Source: Laetmonice hystrix
Taxonomy: Eukaryota
Assembly: GCA_965235115.1 (NCBI GenBank)
Contig: OZ249436.1
Coordinates: forward strand, 16,804,001 to 16,868,000
Direction of reading: 5' to 3'
Length of the DNA stretch: 64,000 bases
Below the pieces are notes generated by a model that saw only the letters and a program-made list of their open reading frames with translations, made no database searches and was not told the DNA's origin. Shown here piece after piece: positions 24,001 through 39,000 of this stretch; the first letter of the stretch is position 1; every line of letters starts with the position of its first letter. Both the position numbers and the translations under genes were made by a program.

Positions 24001-27000
24001 CGGTGTGTACCGGCCCATGAGATCACAGGTACAGAGACAGAACCAGTACTCGGTGTGTACCGGCCCATGAGATCACAGGTACAGAGACAGAACCCAGTAC
24101 TTGGTGTATACCGGCCCATGTGATCCCAGGTACAGAGAGAGAACCCAGTACTCGGTGTATACCGGCCCATGGGATCCCAGATACAGAGACAGAACCAGTA
24201 CTCGGTGTATACCGGCCCATGAGATCACAGGTACAGAGACAGAACCAGTACTCGGTGTATACCGGACCATGAGAGGCCCAATGTCCCCCTCACCCGCCCC
24301 AAACCGTCCTTGACTATAAACAGCTCGGTTTACTACTCGCCGTTTAAGGTTGAGTTACTCATAGCTATTTACGAGGAGCACTTTGGAATCATTCAAGGGG
24401 TACACAAACATTGTTGTACAGGGCACTCAGTCACTGTCTCCAACCAACAACCTCAACCTTCTTTACCCCACGTCCACCCTCCTCGCGACCAGCACACCTA
24501 GCCAACCCCCGAGGTCGGCGCCACCTATCATACAAGAGGCCAGGCCCCACACCCACCATCTCCACATCATCTTGACCCTCATACAAGAGGCCAGGCCCCA
24601 CACCCACCATCTCCACATCATCTATCACTTCATACAAGAGGCTAGGCCCCACACCCACCATCTCCACATCATCTATCACCTCATACAAGAGGCTAGGCCC
24701 CACACCCACCATCTGCACATCATCTATCACCTCATACAAGAGGCTAGGCCCCACAACCACCATCTGCACATCATCTATCACCTCATACAAGAGGCTAGGC
24801 CCCACACCCACCATCTGCACATCATCTATCACCTCATACAAGAGGCTAGGCCCCACACCCACCATCTGCACATCATCTATCACCTCATACAAGAGGCCAG
24901 GCCCTCACAATAACAATCTCCACATAATCTATCACCTCATACAAGAGGCCAGGCCCCCACAATAACGATCTCCACATCATCCATCACCTCATACAAGAGA
25001 CAGGCCCCACAATAACCATCTCCACATCATCCATCACCTCATACAAGAGACAGGCCCCACAATAACCATCTCCACATCATCAATCACCTCATACAAGAGA
25101 CAGGCCCCACAATAACGACCTCCACATAATCTATCACCTCATACAAGAAGCCAGACTCCACACTAACGATCTCCACATTATCTGGACCCAATCCATCAAA
25201 AGTGTCATTTTAAATTTCATGACCGTTACCATCAATTTCAAACAAATTTAAATAGCAGCAACAATACAGGTTGAGTAAAAAAACGCTCCTTTTTATTTCG
25301 TATTTTTCCCCTCGAAATATAAAAAAATGATTCTACATCTTGTCGGACCTCGAGACCGGCGGCGTTTTGCTGATTGCCGATTTATATAATCAATTAAGGT
25401 CATGGAGGTTTCCAAGATATGTAAAGTTTTTTTTTCTTTTGTCAACTGACGAGGACATATTGATATATCACAGATCACAGTTTACAAACTGGTTGCCATG
25501 GTAACTCAGTAAAGCGTACAAGGCTGGATCAGTAATACGCTGGAACCCTTCACTCCGCGAAGCCTGTGACCAGCCTGCCGTACCGGGTTTTCTCACAGGG
25601 TTACGAAGTTATGACAGGTATGCATGTGTGAGGGTGACCCCCCACACCCTAGCACCCCTACACCCCCCCCCCCCCCCTCACACCCCCAACCACAAGCATG
25701 GCCGACCACAACAATCACAGCCGACCACGTCACGTGACCCGACCGCAGTCACGTCACCTTGGCTCGGGTCAGGCGTCAAGGGTCAAAGACACCGACTGCC
25801 CGTGGACTGGATCGGTGTATCCCGCCCCTACCATAGGATTCACACCCCTACCATGGGATTTACACCCCTACCATAGGATTCACACCCCTACCGGATGGTG
25901 CAAGCCCCTACCATTGGATTCACGTCCCTGCCATGGGATTCACACCTCTACCATTGGATTCACGTCCCTGCCATGGGATTCACACCTCTACCATATGTTC
26001 ACACCCTTACCGTACGATTCACACCCCAAACTATAGGGCTGACAATAACAATATACAATATTATACAATACAATACACCCCACCCCACCCCAATGACACC
26101 CCACCTCCAGGGCTAATACCCAACCTCCAGGGCTGGCATCCAACCTCCAGGTCTGACACCCCACCTCCAGGCCTGACACCCCACCTCCAGGCCTGACACC
26201 CCACTTCCAGGGCTGACACCCAACCACCAGGACTGACACCCCACCTCCAGGGCTGACACCCAACCTCCAGGGCTGACACCCCGCCTCCAGAGCTGACACC
26301 CCACCTCCAGGGCTGACACCCCACCTCCAGGGCTGATACCCCGCCTCCAGAGCTGACACGCCACCTCTAGGGCTGACATCCAACCACCAGGACTGACACC
26401 CCACCTCCAGGGCTGACATCCAACCTCCAGGGCTGACACCCCACCTCCAGGGCTGACACCCCGCCTCCAGAGCTGACACCCCACCTCCAGGGCTGACACC
26501 CCACCTCCAGGGCTGATACCCCGCCTCCAGAGCTGACACGCCACCTCTAGGGCTGACATCCAACCACCAGGACTGACACCCCACCTCCAGGGCTGACATC
26601 CAACCTCCAGGGCTGACACCCCACCTCCAGGCCTGCACCCCACCTCCAGGGCTGACACCCCACCTCCAGGGCTGACACCCCACCTCCAGGGCTGACACCC
26701 CACCTCCAGGCCTGACACCACGCCTCCAGGGCTGACATCCAACCTCCAGGTCTGACACCTCAACTCCAGGCCTGACACCTTACCTCCAGAGCTGACACCC
26801 CACCTCCAGGGCTGACATCCAACCTTTAGGGCTGACACCCCACCTCCAGGGCTGATACCCCACCTCCAGAGCTGACACCCCACCTCCAGGGCTGAGATCA
26901 AAGTTTCATGAGTTCAACCCCGAGTGGTATGGTGACTCACTGAGCGGCAAACAAGTGTCACGTGTCAATCCTTGGATCAATTCCTCTCTCCCGCCAGGGA

Positions 27001-30000
27001 CGCAGCCCCCCCCTGGCTGTATTCTCCCACGGTGTGGGGTAGCGGTAACGTTAGATCCTTACCTGAGACGGCGTGGTCAGCGGCCACCCCCGGCGGTCCG
27101 AGCACCACCAGCATCACCAGGGCCATCACTTGGATCTCTCCGTCCATGCCGGTCAGATGGACACGGTCCCCAGCATCCTTACACAGTTCCCCCCACACAC
27201 GGGTCCGTCCACGCGATAAGTGACCACCCGCTCACTGTTCAAACACCACTCAATCCTGTCCAGTAACTTCAGGTATATCCTACACCCTGTGACATATCCA
27301 ACGTTCCGATCCGTATCCCTGGTAACGAGTCCGTCGTGAACCACGTCTGCCCCCTCTCACGTCCCGCGCGTCTCTCCCCGTCCCAGGCGGATTCTGAACA
27401 CTACACTAAGCGACGCTAAACTCCATCAATTATTGACAAACCAACCAAAGCCTCCCCCCCCCCTCCTGACCGACACACTCCACTGCGCATGCCACAAGTG
27501 GCCACCTACCAGAACGGTTACTGTGGCAACGCTTTTTCCACCGCGTGAACGCCGAGAACCAAGGTGTGTGTTGAGCGGATGACTGAGCTGCCACGAGCTG
27601 CAGCTATGCTGCCTAGAATACCATTATATCTTCAGCTAGAATACCATATCTTCACCTTTTAAAGACATGTCTTTTTTTATAAAAAAAAAAACTCTTTTCA
27701 TTTAATAAACTCAGGCAGGCGGTAACACGGGCAAAGTCCATTAGTCAAAATTACGAATTCACATAAAGGTAGTTAATTAAGCTGGAACATTTCCGAAATC
27801 AGTGAAACAAGCAAACTTTAACCGATCCCACCCCAGTCAGTCCCAGTGAAACAAGCAAACTTTACCCTGTCCCACCCCAGTCAGTCCCAGTGAAACAAGC
27901 AAACTTTAACCAATCCCACCCCAGTCAGTCCCAGTGAAACAAGCAAACTTTAACCGATCCCACCCCAGTCAGTCCCAGTGAAACAAGCAAACTTTAACCG
28001 ATCCCACCCCAGTCAGTCCCATTGAAACAAGCAAACTTTAACCAATCCCACCCCAGTCAGTCCCAGTGAAACAAGCAAACTTTAACCGATCCCACCCAGT
28101 CAGTCCCAGTGAAACAAGCAAACTTTAACCGATCCCACCCCAGTCAGTCCCAGTGAAACAAGCAAACTTTACCCTGTCCCACCCAAGTCAGTCCCAGTGA
28201 AACAAGCAAACTTTAACCAATCCCACCCCAGTCAGTCCCAGTGAAACAAGCAAACTTTAACCGATCCCACCCCAGTCAGTCCCAGTGAAACAAGCAAACT
28301 TTAACCAATCCCACCCCTGTCAGTCCCATTGAAACAAGCAAACTTTAACCGATCCCACCCCAGTCAGTCCCAGTGAAACAAGCAAACTTTAACCGATCCC
28401 ACCCCAGTCAGTCCCAGTGAAACAAGCAAACTTTAACCGATCCCACCCCAGTCAGTCCCAGTGAAACAAGCAAACTTTAACCAATCCCACCCCTGTCAGT
28501 AGAACAGTCAGGTGTAGCGACCCACTGCCGTCAGTGTCACCACATAATTATAATTACCGATCGATTGTCCTAAATCAGTCATTACGAGTACTCCTCGATC
28601 GTCGCTGACCCCGAGGGCTCCTGGCCGACATGAGTCCCACCGACAAGGCCAATACTCGCCTGGCATCCACAACTGGGCTCTGACCTAGATAATTCTGACA
28701 TGATTATGATACAGGTAGTTTAACGAGGTAAACTCCTGAATGATCTCTGCCGACCACAAACACATACCTCCAGGGCTGACACCCCAACCTCCAGGGCTGA
28801 AACCCCACCTCCAGGGCTGGCACCCCAACCTCCAGGCCTGACACACAACCGCCAGGCCTGACACCACAACCTCCAGGCCTGACACTTCAACCTCCAGGGC
28901 TGACACCCCAACCTCCATGGCTGACACTCCACCTCCAGGCCTGACACCCCAACCTCCAGGACTGACACAACCTCCAAGCCTGACACCCCAACCTCCAGGG
29001 CTGACACCCCAACCTCCAGGGCTGACACCCCAACCTCCAGGCCTGACACCCCAACTTTCAGGGCTGACACAACCTCCAGGGCTGACACCCCAACCCAGGC
29101 CTCACACCCCAACCTCCATGGCTAACACCCCAACCTCCAGGCCTCACACAACTTCCAGGGCTGACACAACCTGTGACTGTGGCACAAGTGGCCGGGCTGG
29201 TCCTACATGAGGTGACGTGATTATGGCACAAGTGGTTGGGTTGGTCCTACATAAGGTGATGTGATTATGGCACAAGTGGTTGGGCTAGTACTAGATGCGG
29301 TGACGTGATCGGGCACAAGTGGCCGGGATGGCACTGCATGAGGTGATGTGATTACGGCACAAGTGGCCGGGATGGCACTACAGGAGGTGGTGTGATTATG
29401 ACACTACATGAGGTGATGTGTGTATGGTACAAGTGGCTGAGATGGCACTACAGGAGGTGATGTGATTATGACACTACATGAGGTGATGTGATTATGGCAC
29501 AAGTGGCTGGGATGGCACTACAGGAGGTGATGTGATTATGACACAAGTGGCCGGGATGGCACTACAGGAGGTGATGTGAGTATGGTACAAGTGGCTGGAA
29601 TGGCACTACAGGAGGTGATGTGATTATGACTCTACAGGAGGTGATGTGATCATGATACTGTTAATGAGAGTAGATAAAGGTGACGTGATTAAGGCAGCTG
29701 GTCATGCAAACCCTGACGATTACGCCAATACCAATGTTAGCATAACGGTCCTGACAGTGATGGAACTCGTACTGATGACGCAGGTAATAATAATAATATC
29801 TTTATTCACACATTAAAAATGCATATTAATGGTAAAAAATCATGGCAATACGAAAAGAAGAGGGGCGGCTGGTGATGTCACAGGAGGTAATGGTGATGGC
29901 ACAGGTAGTGTTGATGGCACAGGTAATGTTGATGGCACAGGTAATGTTGATGGCGCAGGTAATGGTGCTGGCGCAGGTAATGGTGATGGTGCAGGTAATG

Positions 30001-33000
30001 GTGATGGCGCAGGTAATGGTGATGGCGCAGGTAATGGTGCTGGCGCTGGTAATGGCGATGGCACAGGTGATGACAGAGTATGCGTGTTTAAGCATGTGAC
30101 CAAAATGCCCAAGTTAATATTTCCGTTGCCAGTACTCTAATGCTAGGTGAGATAATTATTTTAGCTCCCTGAATGTCAGGTGAGATCATGTAATTAAGCC
30201 GGGCTCTCCGAATGTCAGGTGAGAATTATGAACCATGATTTAAACTATCCCCCCGCAGAGAGAAAAACAGATGGCCAGGAGTAAAAGTATAATTAATTAT
30301 CCACGAAGGTGAAATGACGGCAGTCAGTTCTATAACAGGTCAATTAGAACGCTGCCGCCCGAGAACGTCGTCACGATCCTTAATATTCACACTTATCGAT
30401 TACCCTCTGGTTACTATGGAAACAGAACGCCGCCGATAGACGCCTCAATCAATGGTACTTCCTGTAACATCAGCTGGTTGCACACACGGCGGAGTTTGAC
30501 GGAGGTGGGGTGACTGACGGGGGTGGGGTGACTGACGGGGGTGGGTTGACTGACGGGGGTGGTGTGACTGACGGGGGTGGGGTGACTGACGGGGGTGGTG
30601 TGACTGACGGGGGTGGGGTGACTGACGGGGGTGGGGTGACTGACGGGGGTGGGGTGACTGACGGGGGTGGGGTGACTGACGGGGGTGGGGTGACTGACGG
30701 GGGTGGGGTGACTGACCAGGGGTGGGGTGACTGACCAGGGGTGGGGTGACTGACGGGGGTGGGGTGACTGACGGGGGTGGAGTGACTGACGGGGGTGGGT
30801 TGACTGACGGGGGTGGTGTGACTGACGGGGGTGGGGTGACTGACGGGGGTGGTGTGACTGACGGGGGTGGGGTGACTGACGGGGGTGGGGTGACTGACGG
30901 GGGTGGGTTGACTGACGGGGGTGGTGTGACTGACGGGGGTGGGGTGACTGACGGGGGTGGGGTGACTGACGGGGGTGGGGTGACTGACGGGGGTGGGGTG
31001 ACTGACGGGGGTGGGGTGACTGACGGGGGTGGGGTGACTGACCAGGGGTGGGGTGACTGACCAGGGGTGGGGTGACTGACAGGGGTGGGGTGACTGACCA
31101 GGGGTGGGGTGACTGACGGGGGTGGGGTGACTGACGGGGGTGGAGTGACTGACGGGGGTGGGGTGACTGACCAGGGGTGGTGTGACTGACGGGGGTGGTG
31201 TGACTGACGGGGGTGGGGTGACTGACCAGGGGTGGGGTGACTGACGGGGGTGGGGTGACTGACGGGGGTGGGGTGACTGACGGGGGTGGTGTGACTGACG
31301 GGGGTGGGGTGACTGACGGGGGTGGTGTGACTGACGGGGGTGGGGTGACTGACGGGGGTGGTGTGACTGACGGGGGTGGGGTGACTGACGGGGGTACGTG
31401 GTGTGACTGACGGGGGTGGGGTGACTGACGGGGGTGGGGTGACTGACGGGGGTGGGGTGACTGACGGGGGTGGGGTGACTGACCAGGGGTGGTGTGACTG
31501 ACGGGGGTGGTGTGACTGACGGGGGTGGGGTAACTGACCAGGGGTGGTGTGACTGACGGGGGTGGGGTGACTGACGGGGGTGGGGTGACTGACGGGGGTG
31601 GTGTGACTGACGGGGGTGGTGTGACTGACGGGGGTGGGGTGACTGACGGGGGTAGGGTGACTGACGGGGGTGGGGTGACTGACGGGGGTGGTGTGACTGA
31701 CCAGGGGTGGTGTGACTGACCGGGGTTAGGTGTGACTGACGGGGGTGGGGTGACTGACAAGGGGTGGTGTGACTGACGGGGGTAGGGTGACTAACGGGGG
31801 TGGTGTGACTGACAGGGGTGGGGTGACTGACGGGGGCAGACCTGGGGGTATGTAACGGTTAGGGTTAGTGAGCGGCATATAACAGTGAGGTAGTCCCCAG
31901 ACTTACCCCACAACAGTTACCCCTATCCCGATACTTAGCCCGAATCCTAACCCCCATTTGGTGGGAATTCTACCATGGGGACCGGTCAGGCACACCGCTG
32001 ACGACCCCAGTGTAGGTAACGAGCGCCGGTCACGCCGACTTACGTCACGTCATCCGCCCTGGCGGTGTCACGTGACATATCACCTGTCAGCCGGCCCGCC
32101 AGGGGGCGCGGTAAGCCGTCATGGATCACTGACGTCACCGGAAATGGAGGTTTCAGACCAAAAGCGGCCATGGTATGCGTTCAGCGTCCCGCTCCAGTTG
32201 ATCAACTTACGACAGATTATCTTAACAACCGCCACTCTAGTCCATATCCTGTTCACGAATATAACCTTATCCTAGCCAAACAAAACATTTGGTAAAGTTC
32301 CAGTCAGGCCTTAAAGTTTTACATGAAAGAATAGGGAGCTGGAAATTCTTTCTGATTTTGGTTTTGGTCGGAATTTTTTCAGTAAAGAATTTTACCGTCA
32401 TTTACGTGAGATTTTCTTTTCAATTATGCGAAAAGCAGAATTGTGATTTTAGGTGCCCCTTTTCATGCCACCTGATCGACCTAGATAACATGAACATTGA
32501 GGACAGAACAGAATGAAAGCAGCCTGCTGTTTGTTACCAGGCGTCATGCTGCAGCCCACTGTTTGTTACCAGGCGTCATGTTGCAGCCCACTGTTTGTTA
32601 CCAGGCGTCATGCTGCAGCCCACTGTTTGTTACCAGGCGTCATGCTGCAGCCCACTGTTTGTTACCAGGCGCCGACTCTTTTGACCAATCCTATACTTTT
32701 TTTAAATTCCTGCCGTTGCAATGGACGCCCATCGCCCATTCACCTTAATAAGTGTACCTATCTAAAGATACAATAGACCCCAGGAGTCTTCACATAACAA
32801 TTGAATAAGGTCACCTCAAAATATCTTTCCCCTATGAAGTCCACAACAAGTTTTTTTTAAAGATTTGTTATTCTGAACGCACATCTCCCAAACCTAATTC
32901 AAAACTCACATATTTAGTCACTGGGAGTTCAATATCGAATGAGGTTTCTACATCCGGGCAAAGTTTCACCAGCTTGGGCTCAATGTGCAGCAATAGGGTA

Positions 33001-36000
33001 TTTACATAATATAACTGCCATCTGTAGTCGGGAGTTCATGCTCCAGTAGCAGCAGCAGTGTCGTGTAATGTACCTCAAACATTAACGTTTAAGGTAAACA
33101 TTAACAGTCATTGATAATTTTGGCCTGTTACGTAAGAACAGGATCAAGCGGTAGGAGATGAGAACTACCCTCCGGTCACAGCTGACGGGGTGGGGTGAAC
33201 GCTAAGACCCCTTCCCCCGACTACCCCCACCCCCTACCACGACCTGCCCAGGATAATCGGTGATTGGTGCCATGCTCCCAGCAGATCGATACCAGAACCC
33301 ATGGTGTGTCATCAGTGGCGGAAACAAAGGCTGGTCACGGTCAGTGGCAGAAACAAAGGTTGGTCACGGTCAGTGGCAGAAATAAAGGCTGGTCACGGTC
33401 AGTGGCAAAAATAAAGGCTGGTCACGGTCAGTGGCAGAAACAAAGGCTGGTCACGGTCAGTAGCAGAAACAAAGGCTGGTCACGGTCAGTTCAGTGGCAG
33501 AAACAAAGGCTGGTCACAGTCAGTGGCAGAAACAAAGGCTGGGCACGGTCAGTGGCAGAAATAAAGGCTGGTCACGGTCCCCTTCCTAACACTCGTTGAT
33601 ACCGCACTGGTACTCGACTTCCCAAATCCTAATAGGGGTTCGTTCAGTTTGAAACCCGGGCCCGGACCGTCTCAAACATAGGGTCGAGTGGACCTGCCTG
33701 CCGTCTTTCACGTTCAACCCGGGCATGGAGTTCTGATCAGTCCATACTCATATATCCTGGAATTATACCCTGCAGGCTCATACTCTCGCCCTCCGGTATA
33801 CCACCCCACTCCATCCTACCCCACCCCAGCGTCGGTTACCACTCCACCACCCCACTCCATCCTACCCTACCCCAGCGTCGGCTACCACCCCACCCCACCC
33901 CACCCTCCGCTACCACCCCACTCCATCCTACCCCACCCCAGCGTCAGCTACCACCCCACCCCTCCGCTACCACCCCACTCCATCCTACCCCACCCCAGCG
34001 TCGGCTACCAGCCCACCCCTCCGCTACCACCCCACTCCATCCTACCCCACCCTACCCTCCGCTACCACCCCACTCCATCCTACCCCACCCCAGCGTCGGT
34101 TACCACTCCACCGCACTCCATCTTACCCCAGCGTCGGCTACCAGCCCACCCCACCCTCCGCTATACCACCCCACTCCATCCTACCCCACCCCAGCGTCGG
34201 CTACCACCCCACCCCACCCTCCGCTATACCACCCCACTCCATCCTACCCCACCCCAGCGTCGGCTACCAGCCCACCCCCATCCTCCGCTACCACCCCACT
34301 CCATCCTACCCCACCCCAGCGTCGGCTACCAGCCCACCCCTCCGCTACCACCCCACTCCATGCTACCCCACCCCAGCGTCGGCTACCACCCCACCCCATC
34401 CCACCCTCCGCTACCACCCCACTCAATCCTACCCCACCCCAGCGTCGGTTACCACTCCACCCCTCCGCTACCACCCCACTCCATCCTACTTCACCGTAGC
34501 GTCGGCTACCACCCTACCCCACCCTCCGCTACCACCCCACTCAATCCTACCCCACCCCAGCGTCGGTTACCACTCCACCCCTCCGCTACCACCCCACTCC
34601 ATCCTACTTCACCGTAGCGTCGGCTATCACCCTACCCCACCCTCCGCTACCACCCCACTCCATCCTACCCCACCCCAGCGTCGGCTACCACCCTACCCCA
34701 CCCTCCGCTACCACCCCACTCCATCCTACCCCACCCCAGCGTCGGTTACCACTCCACCGCACTCCATCTTACCCCAGCGTCGGCTACCACCCCACCCTAC
34801 CCCACCCTCCGCTACCACCCCACTCCATCTTACCCCACCCCAGCGTCGGCTACCACCCCATCCCACCCTCCGCTACCACCCCAATCCATCCTACCCCACC
34901 CTACCCTCCGCTACCACCCCACTCCATCCTACCCCACCCCAGGGTCGTTTTCGACCCCATCCCGCCCCACCCTCAGCTACCATACCCGGCCCACTCCATC
35001 CTACCCCACCCCAGCGTCGGCTACCAGCCCACCCCTCCGCTACCACCCCACTCCATCTTACCCCACCCCAGCGTCGGCTACCACCCCACCCCACCCCATT
35101 CGTATCAGTGTGGATCACCATGTCACAATGACAGAACCAGCGACCTTTCGCCCCGTGTGGCTCGCTCTGTTGACAGAACACACATTATCAACCCCCAAAC
35201 AACAACGTCCGCGACTCGGCCGCCCTCTCTCCCTTATAGAGGCTCAAGGTCGGCTGGAAGTGTTTTCTCCGGTTTAGGATTGGTACCCCGGGGTGAGTTG
35301 ACATGTGCGGGGTGATAGGGTGCTCACCATGTTACTAACCCCATTGTGTAACCCGTACCCTGTGACGGGTGGCATTCCGTCCAGGTAACCCCACCTGTAT
35401 GTGGGGAATGTCAACAGGTGACTGGCTGGCTGTCACAGAGGGACACGGGATGTGAGAGAGGGACACGGGTTGTCACAGAGAGACACGGGCTGTCACAGAG
35501 AGACACGGGCTGTCACAGAGAGACACGGGCTGTCACAGAGAGACACGGGCTGTCACAGAGAGACACGGGCTGTCACAGAGAGACACGGGCTGTCACAGAG
35601 GGACACGGCTGTCACAGAGGGACACGGGCTGTCGGAGAGAGACACGGGCTGTCACAGAGGGACACGGCTGTCACAGAGAGACACAGGCTCTCGGAGAGAG
35701 ACACGGGTTGTCGGAGAGAGACTCGGATTGTCGGAGAGAGACACAGGTTTTTTATGCCCCCTATCTTTTTTACCTTTTCTATTTGATCAGACAAATCTCA
35801 TTATAAACGTCAAGAAAAAGATCATTTTTCTCTCTCTAGAACTCTCGGTGTATTCTCTCCCTAGAACTCTCGATGTATTCGCTCCCTAGAACTCTCGATG
35901 TATTCTCTCCCTAGAACTCTCCGACTCGGTGTATTCTCTCCCTAGAACTCTCGATGTACTCTCTCCCTGGAACTCTCGATGGATCCTCTCCCTAGAACTC

Positions 36001-39000
36001 TCGGTGTATTCCCTAGAACTCTCGGTGTAGTCTCTCCCTAGAACTCTCGGTGTATTCTCTCCCTAGAACTCTCGGTGTATTCTCTCCCTAGAACTCTCGA
36101 CGTATTCTCTCCCTAGAACTCTCGATGTATTCTCTCCCTAGAACTCTCGATGTATTCTCTCCCTAGAACTCTCGATGTATTCTCTCCCTAGAACTCTCGG
36201 TGTAGTCTCTCCCTAGAACTCTCGATGTATTCTCTCCCTAGAACTCTCGACGTATTCTCTCCCTAGAACTCTCGGTGTAGTCTCTCCCTAGAACTCTCGA
36301 TGTATTCTCTCCCTAGAACTCTCGGTGTATTCTCTCCCTAGAACTCTCGATGTATTCGCTCCCTAGAACTCTCGGTGTATTCGCTCCCTAGAACTCTCGG
36401 TGTATTATCTCTCTAGAACTCTCGACGTATTCTCTCCATAGAACTCTCGATGTATTCTCTCCCTAGAACTCTCGATGTATTCGCTCCCTAGAACTCTCGG
36501 TGCATTCGCTCCCTAGAACTCTCGATGTAGTTTACGCCTGGCTGGGAGCAGCAGATTCCAGTCACCAAGAACTAAGTAAATCGTCCCGTCACTGAATTAT
36601 TCCAGTGACCACGGTGTGGAAATCAAAACAAACGGTTGGGGTATAGGATGGGTGGGTGTGTGGGGAGGTGGGTGGGTGTGTGTGTGGGTGATCTCTCTCA
36701 GTCCCGGCCCATCAATGCCAGCCCAAACATGTACAGTCACCTCGAACGGACAAACAAACAAAACAAACATGGCCCAATGATTCCTTAACTCATGACGCTG
36801 GGGAAAAAAAACTTGATGGCCTAGATGTCCAATTTTCTTTAAGTTGCTGGCATTTTGCCGTTCAATAATATGGACGATTCTTACACTTGGATGAGACCGG
36901 TGGTTAAAGTTAATACTACCATGGTGTACTTTCAGACGTCATATTAACAAGGTGTGGGAACGGATCGGAGATCTGCCTGTACAATCAGCTGCCGACAGCT
37001 GCGCCAACTTGTATCATCAAAATCAATGACTGTCTGACACAGTTTGCTGCCTCAACCCTTCATAACTGTTTAAAAAAAGTTTGATATAAACATTACTGTT
37101 TATAAAATGTTTCTGTAAAATGTTCTTAGTTTGGGCGAGTGTTAATGTAGAAGGGCCACAGCCCTTGGGCTTCAGTCCTAATGTAACCGTCTCTAACCCT
37201 GACACAGGGCCCACAGACCGGTCCTTCAGTCCTGTAACCGTCTCTAGCCCTGACACAGGGCCCACAGACCGACCCTTCAGTCCTAATGTAACCGTCCCTA
37301 ACCCTGACACAGGGCCCACAGACCGACCCTTCAGTCCTAATGTAACCGTCTCTAACTCTGACACAGGGCCCACAGACCGACCCTTCAGTCCTAATGTAAC
37401 CGTCTCTAACCCTGACACAGGGCCCACAGACCGGCCCTTCAGTCCTAATGTAACCGTCCCTAACCCTGACACAGGGCCCACAGACCGACCCTTCAGTCCT
37501 AATGTAACCGTCTCTAACCCTGACACAGGGCCCACAGACCGGTCCTTCAGTCCTGTAACCGTCTCTAACCCTGACACAGGGCCCACAGACCGACCCTTCA
37601 GTCCTAATGTAACCGTCTCTAAACCTGACACAGGGCCCACAGACCGGCCCTTCAGTCCTAATGTAACCGTCTCTAACCCTGACACAGGGCCCACAGACCG
37701 ACCCTTCAGTCCTAATGTAACCGTCTCTGACACTGACGCAGGGCCCAAAGACCGGTCCTTCAGTCCTGTAACCGTCTCTAACCCTGACACAGGGCCCACA
37801 GACCGACCCTTCAGTCCTAATGTAACCGTCTCTAACCCTGACACAGGGCCCACAGACCGGCCCTTCAGTCCTAATGTAACCGTCTCTGACACTGACACAG
37901 GGCCCACAGACCGGTCCTTCAGTCCTAATGTAACCGTCTCTAGCCCTGACACAGGGCCCACAGACCGGTCTTTCAGTCCTGTAACCGTCTCTAACCCTGA
38001 CACAGGGCCCACAGACCGGTCCTTCAGTCCTGTAACCGTCTCTAACCCTGACACAGGGCCCACAGACCGACCCTTCAGTCCTAATGTAACTGTCTCTGAC
38101 ACTGACGCAGGGCCCACAGACCGGCCCTTCAGTCCTAATGTAACCGTCTCTAACCCTGACACAGGGCCCACAGACCGGCCCTTCAGTCCTAATGTAACTA
38201 TCTCTAACCCTGACACAGGGCCCACAGACCGACCCTTCGGTACCTCCTCTATACGACCCTTTCTATGTCTCATGACGAGTATTGTTTATTTAATCACATA
38301 TATCTTGAAAGAATTAGATAGATCACAAATATTATTTAATCATGTATCTATATTGAACTTGTGCACATGACAAACTCCTTATAAGATGTTGTCCCCCTCT
38401 AAAGCCCCCTGTCAACCCTCACAGTCTGAGCGGTCGTTATTTACATATTACACAGTCAACAGCCATCTGACTCAGCACCAACAGCGCGCCCTGATGCCAG
38501 TTTACTTTACATATTACAGCCTGACTTTACATAATTATTCAGGGACACGTAACTAGGGTTAGACCATGCATGACGTCATCAACTAAAGCTAAGTCAATTA
38601 AAACAACCCTGCGGCCAGTTTCATTTGAATCTCATTGTCTAAGACTGACTTCTGCCGAGTTCTATTTAAGTTGAACACTTGAAGCGGGCCCCGGTCCCCG
38701 CCTGGTTCCCGATGGTGGCTGGCGGCACTGGTTCTTTGATCTTGGACTATGTACACGGGATATTTTGAGACCAGCCCCTAACCCTAACCTAACCTTATAT
38801 ATATACAGGATTGTACTGGGGCCCTCAATTATTGTACTGGTACCCTCAACCATTGTACCGTGACCCTCAACCGAACCCTCCCAGGCGGAGAACCTCTCAC
38901 CGCTGGGGGCTCTCATTAATTAAATCGGCTCGGTATATTAGTAATAGGATAACCTGTGTGCGGTAAGTCTCAGTCCCAGCTACTGTAACTGCCCACGGAC

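Noticed and set aside
22388..24313. Many overlapping ORFs
   Set aside because: Artefacts of the 51-bp repeat.
30414..31760. Pro-rich extensin-like ORF
   Set aside because: G-rich 18-bp array with frame switches.
37023..38370. 416-aa ORFs on both strands
   Set aside because: The 57/54-bp repeat explains them, and there is no non-repetitive domain; coding cannot be fully excluded without RNA data.
38775..38796. CCCTAA telomere-like motif
   Set aside because: Only about 2-3 imperfect copies.
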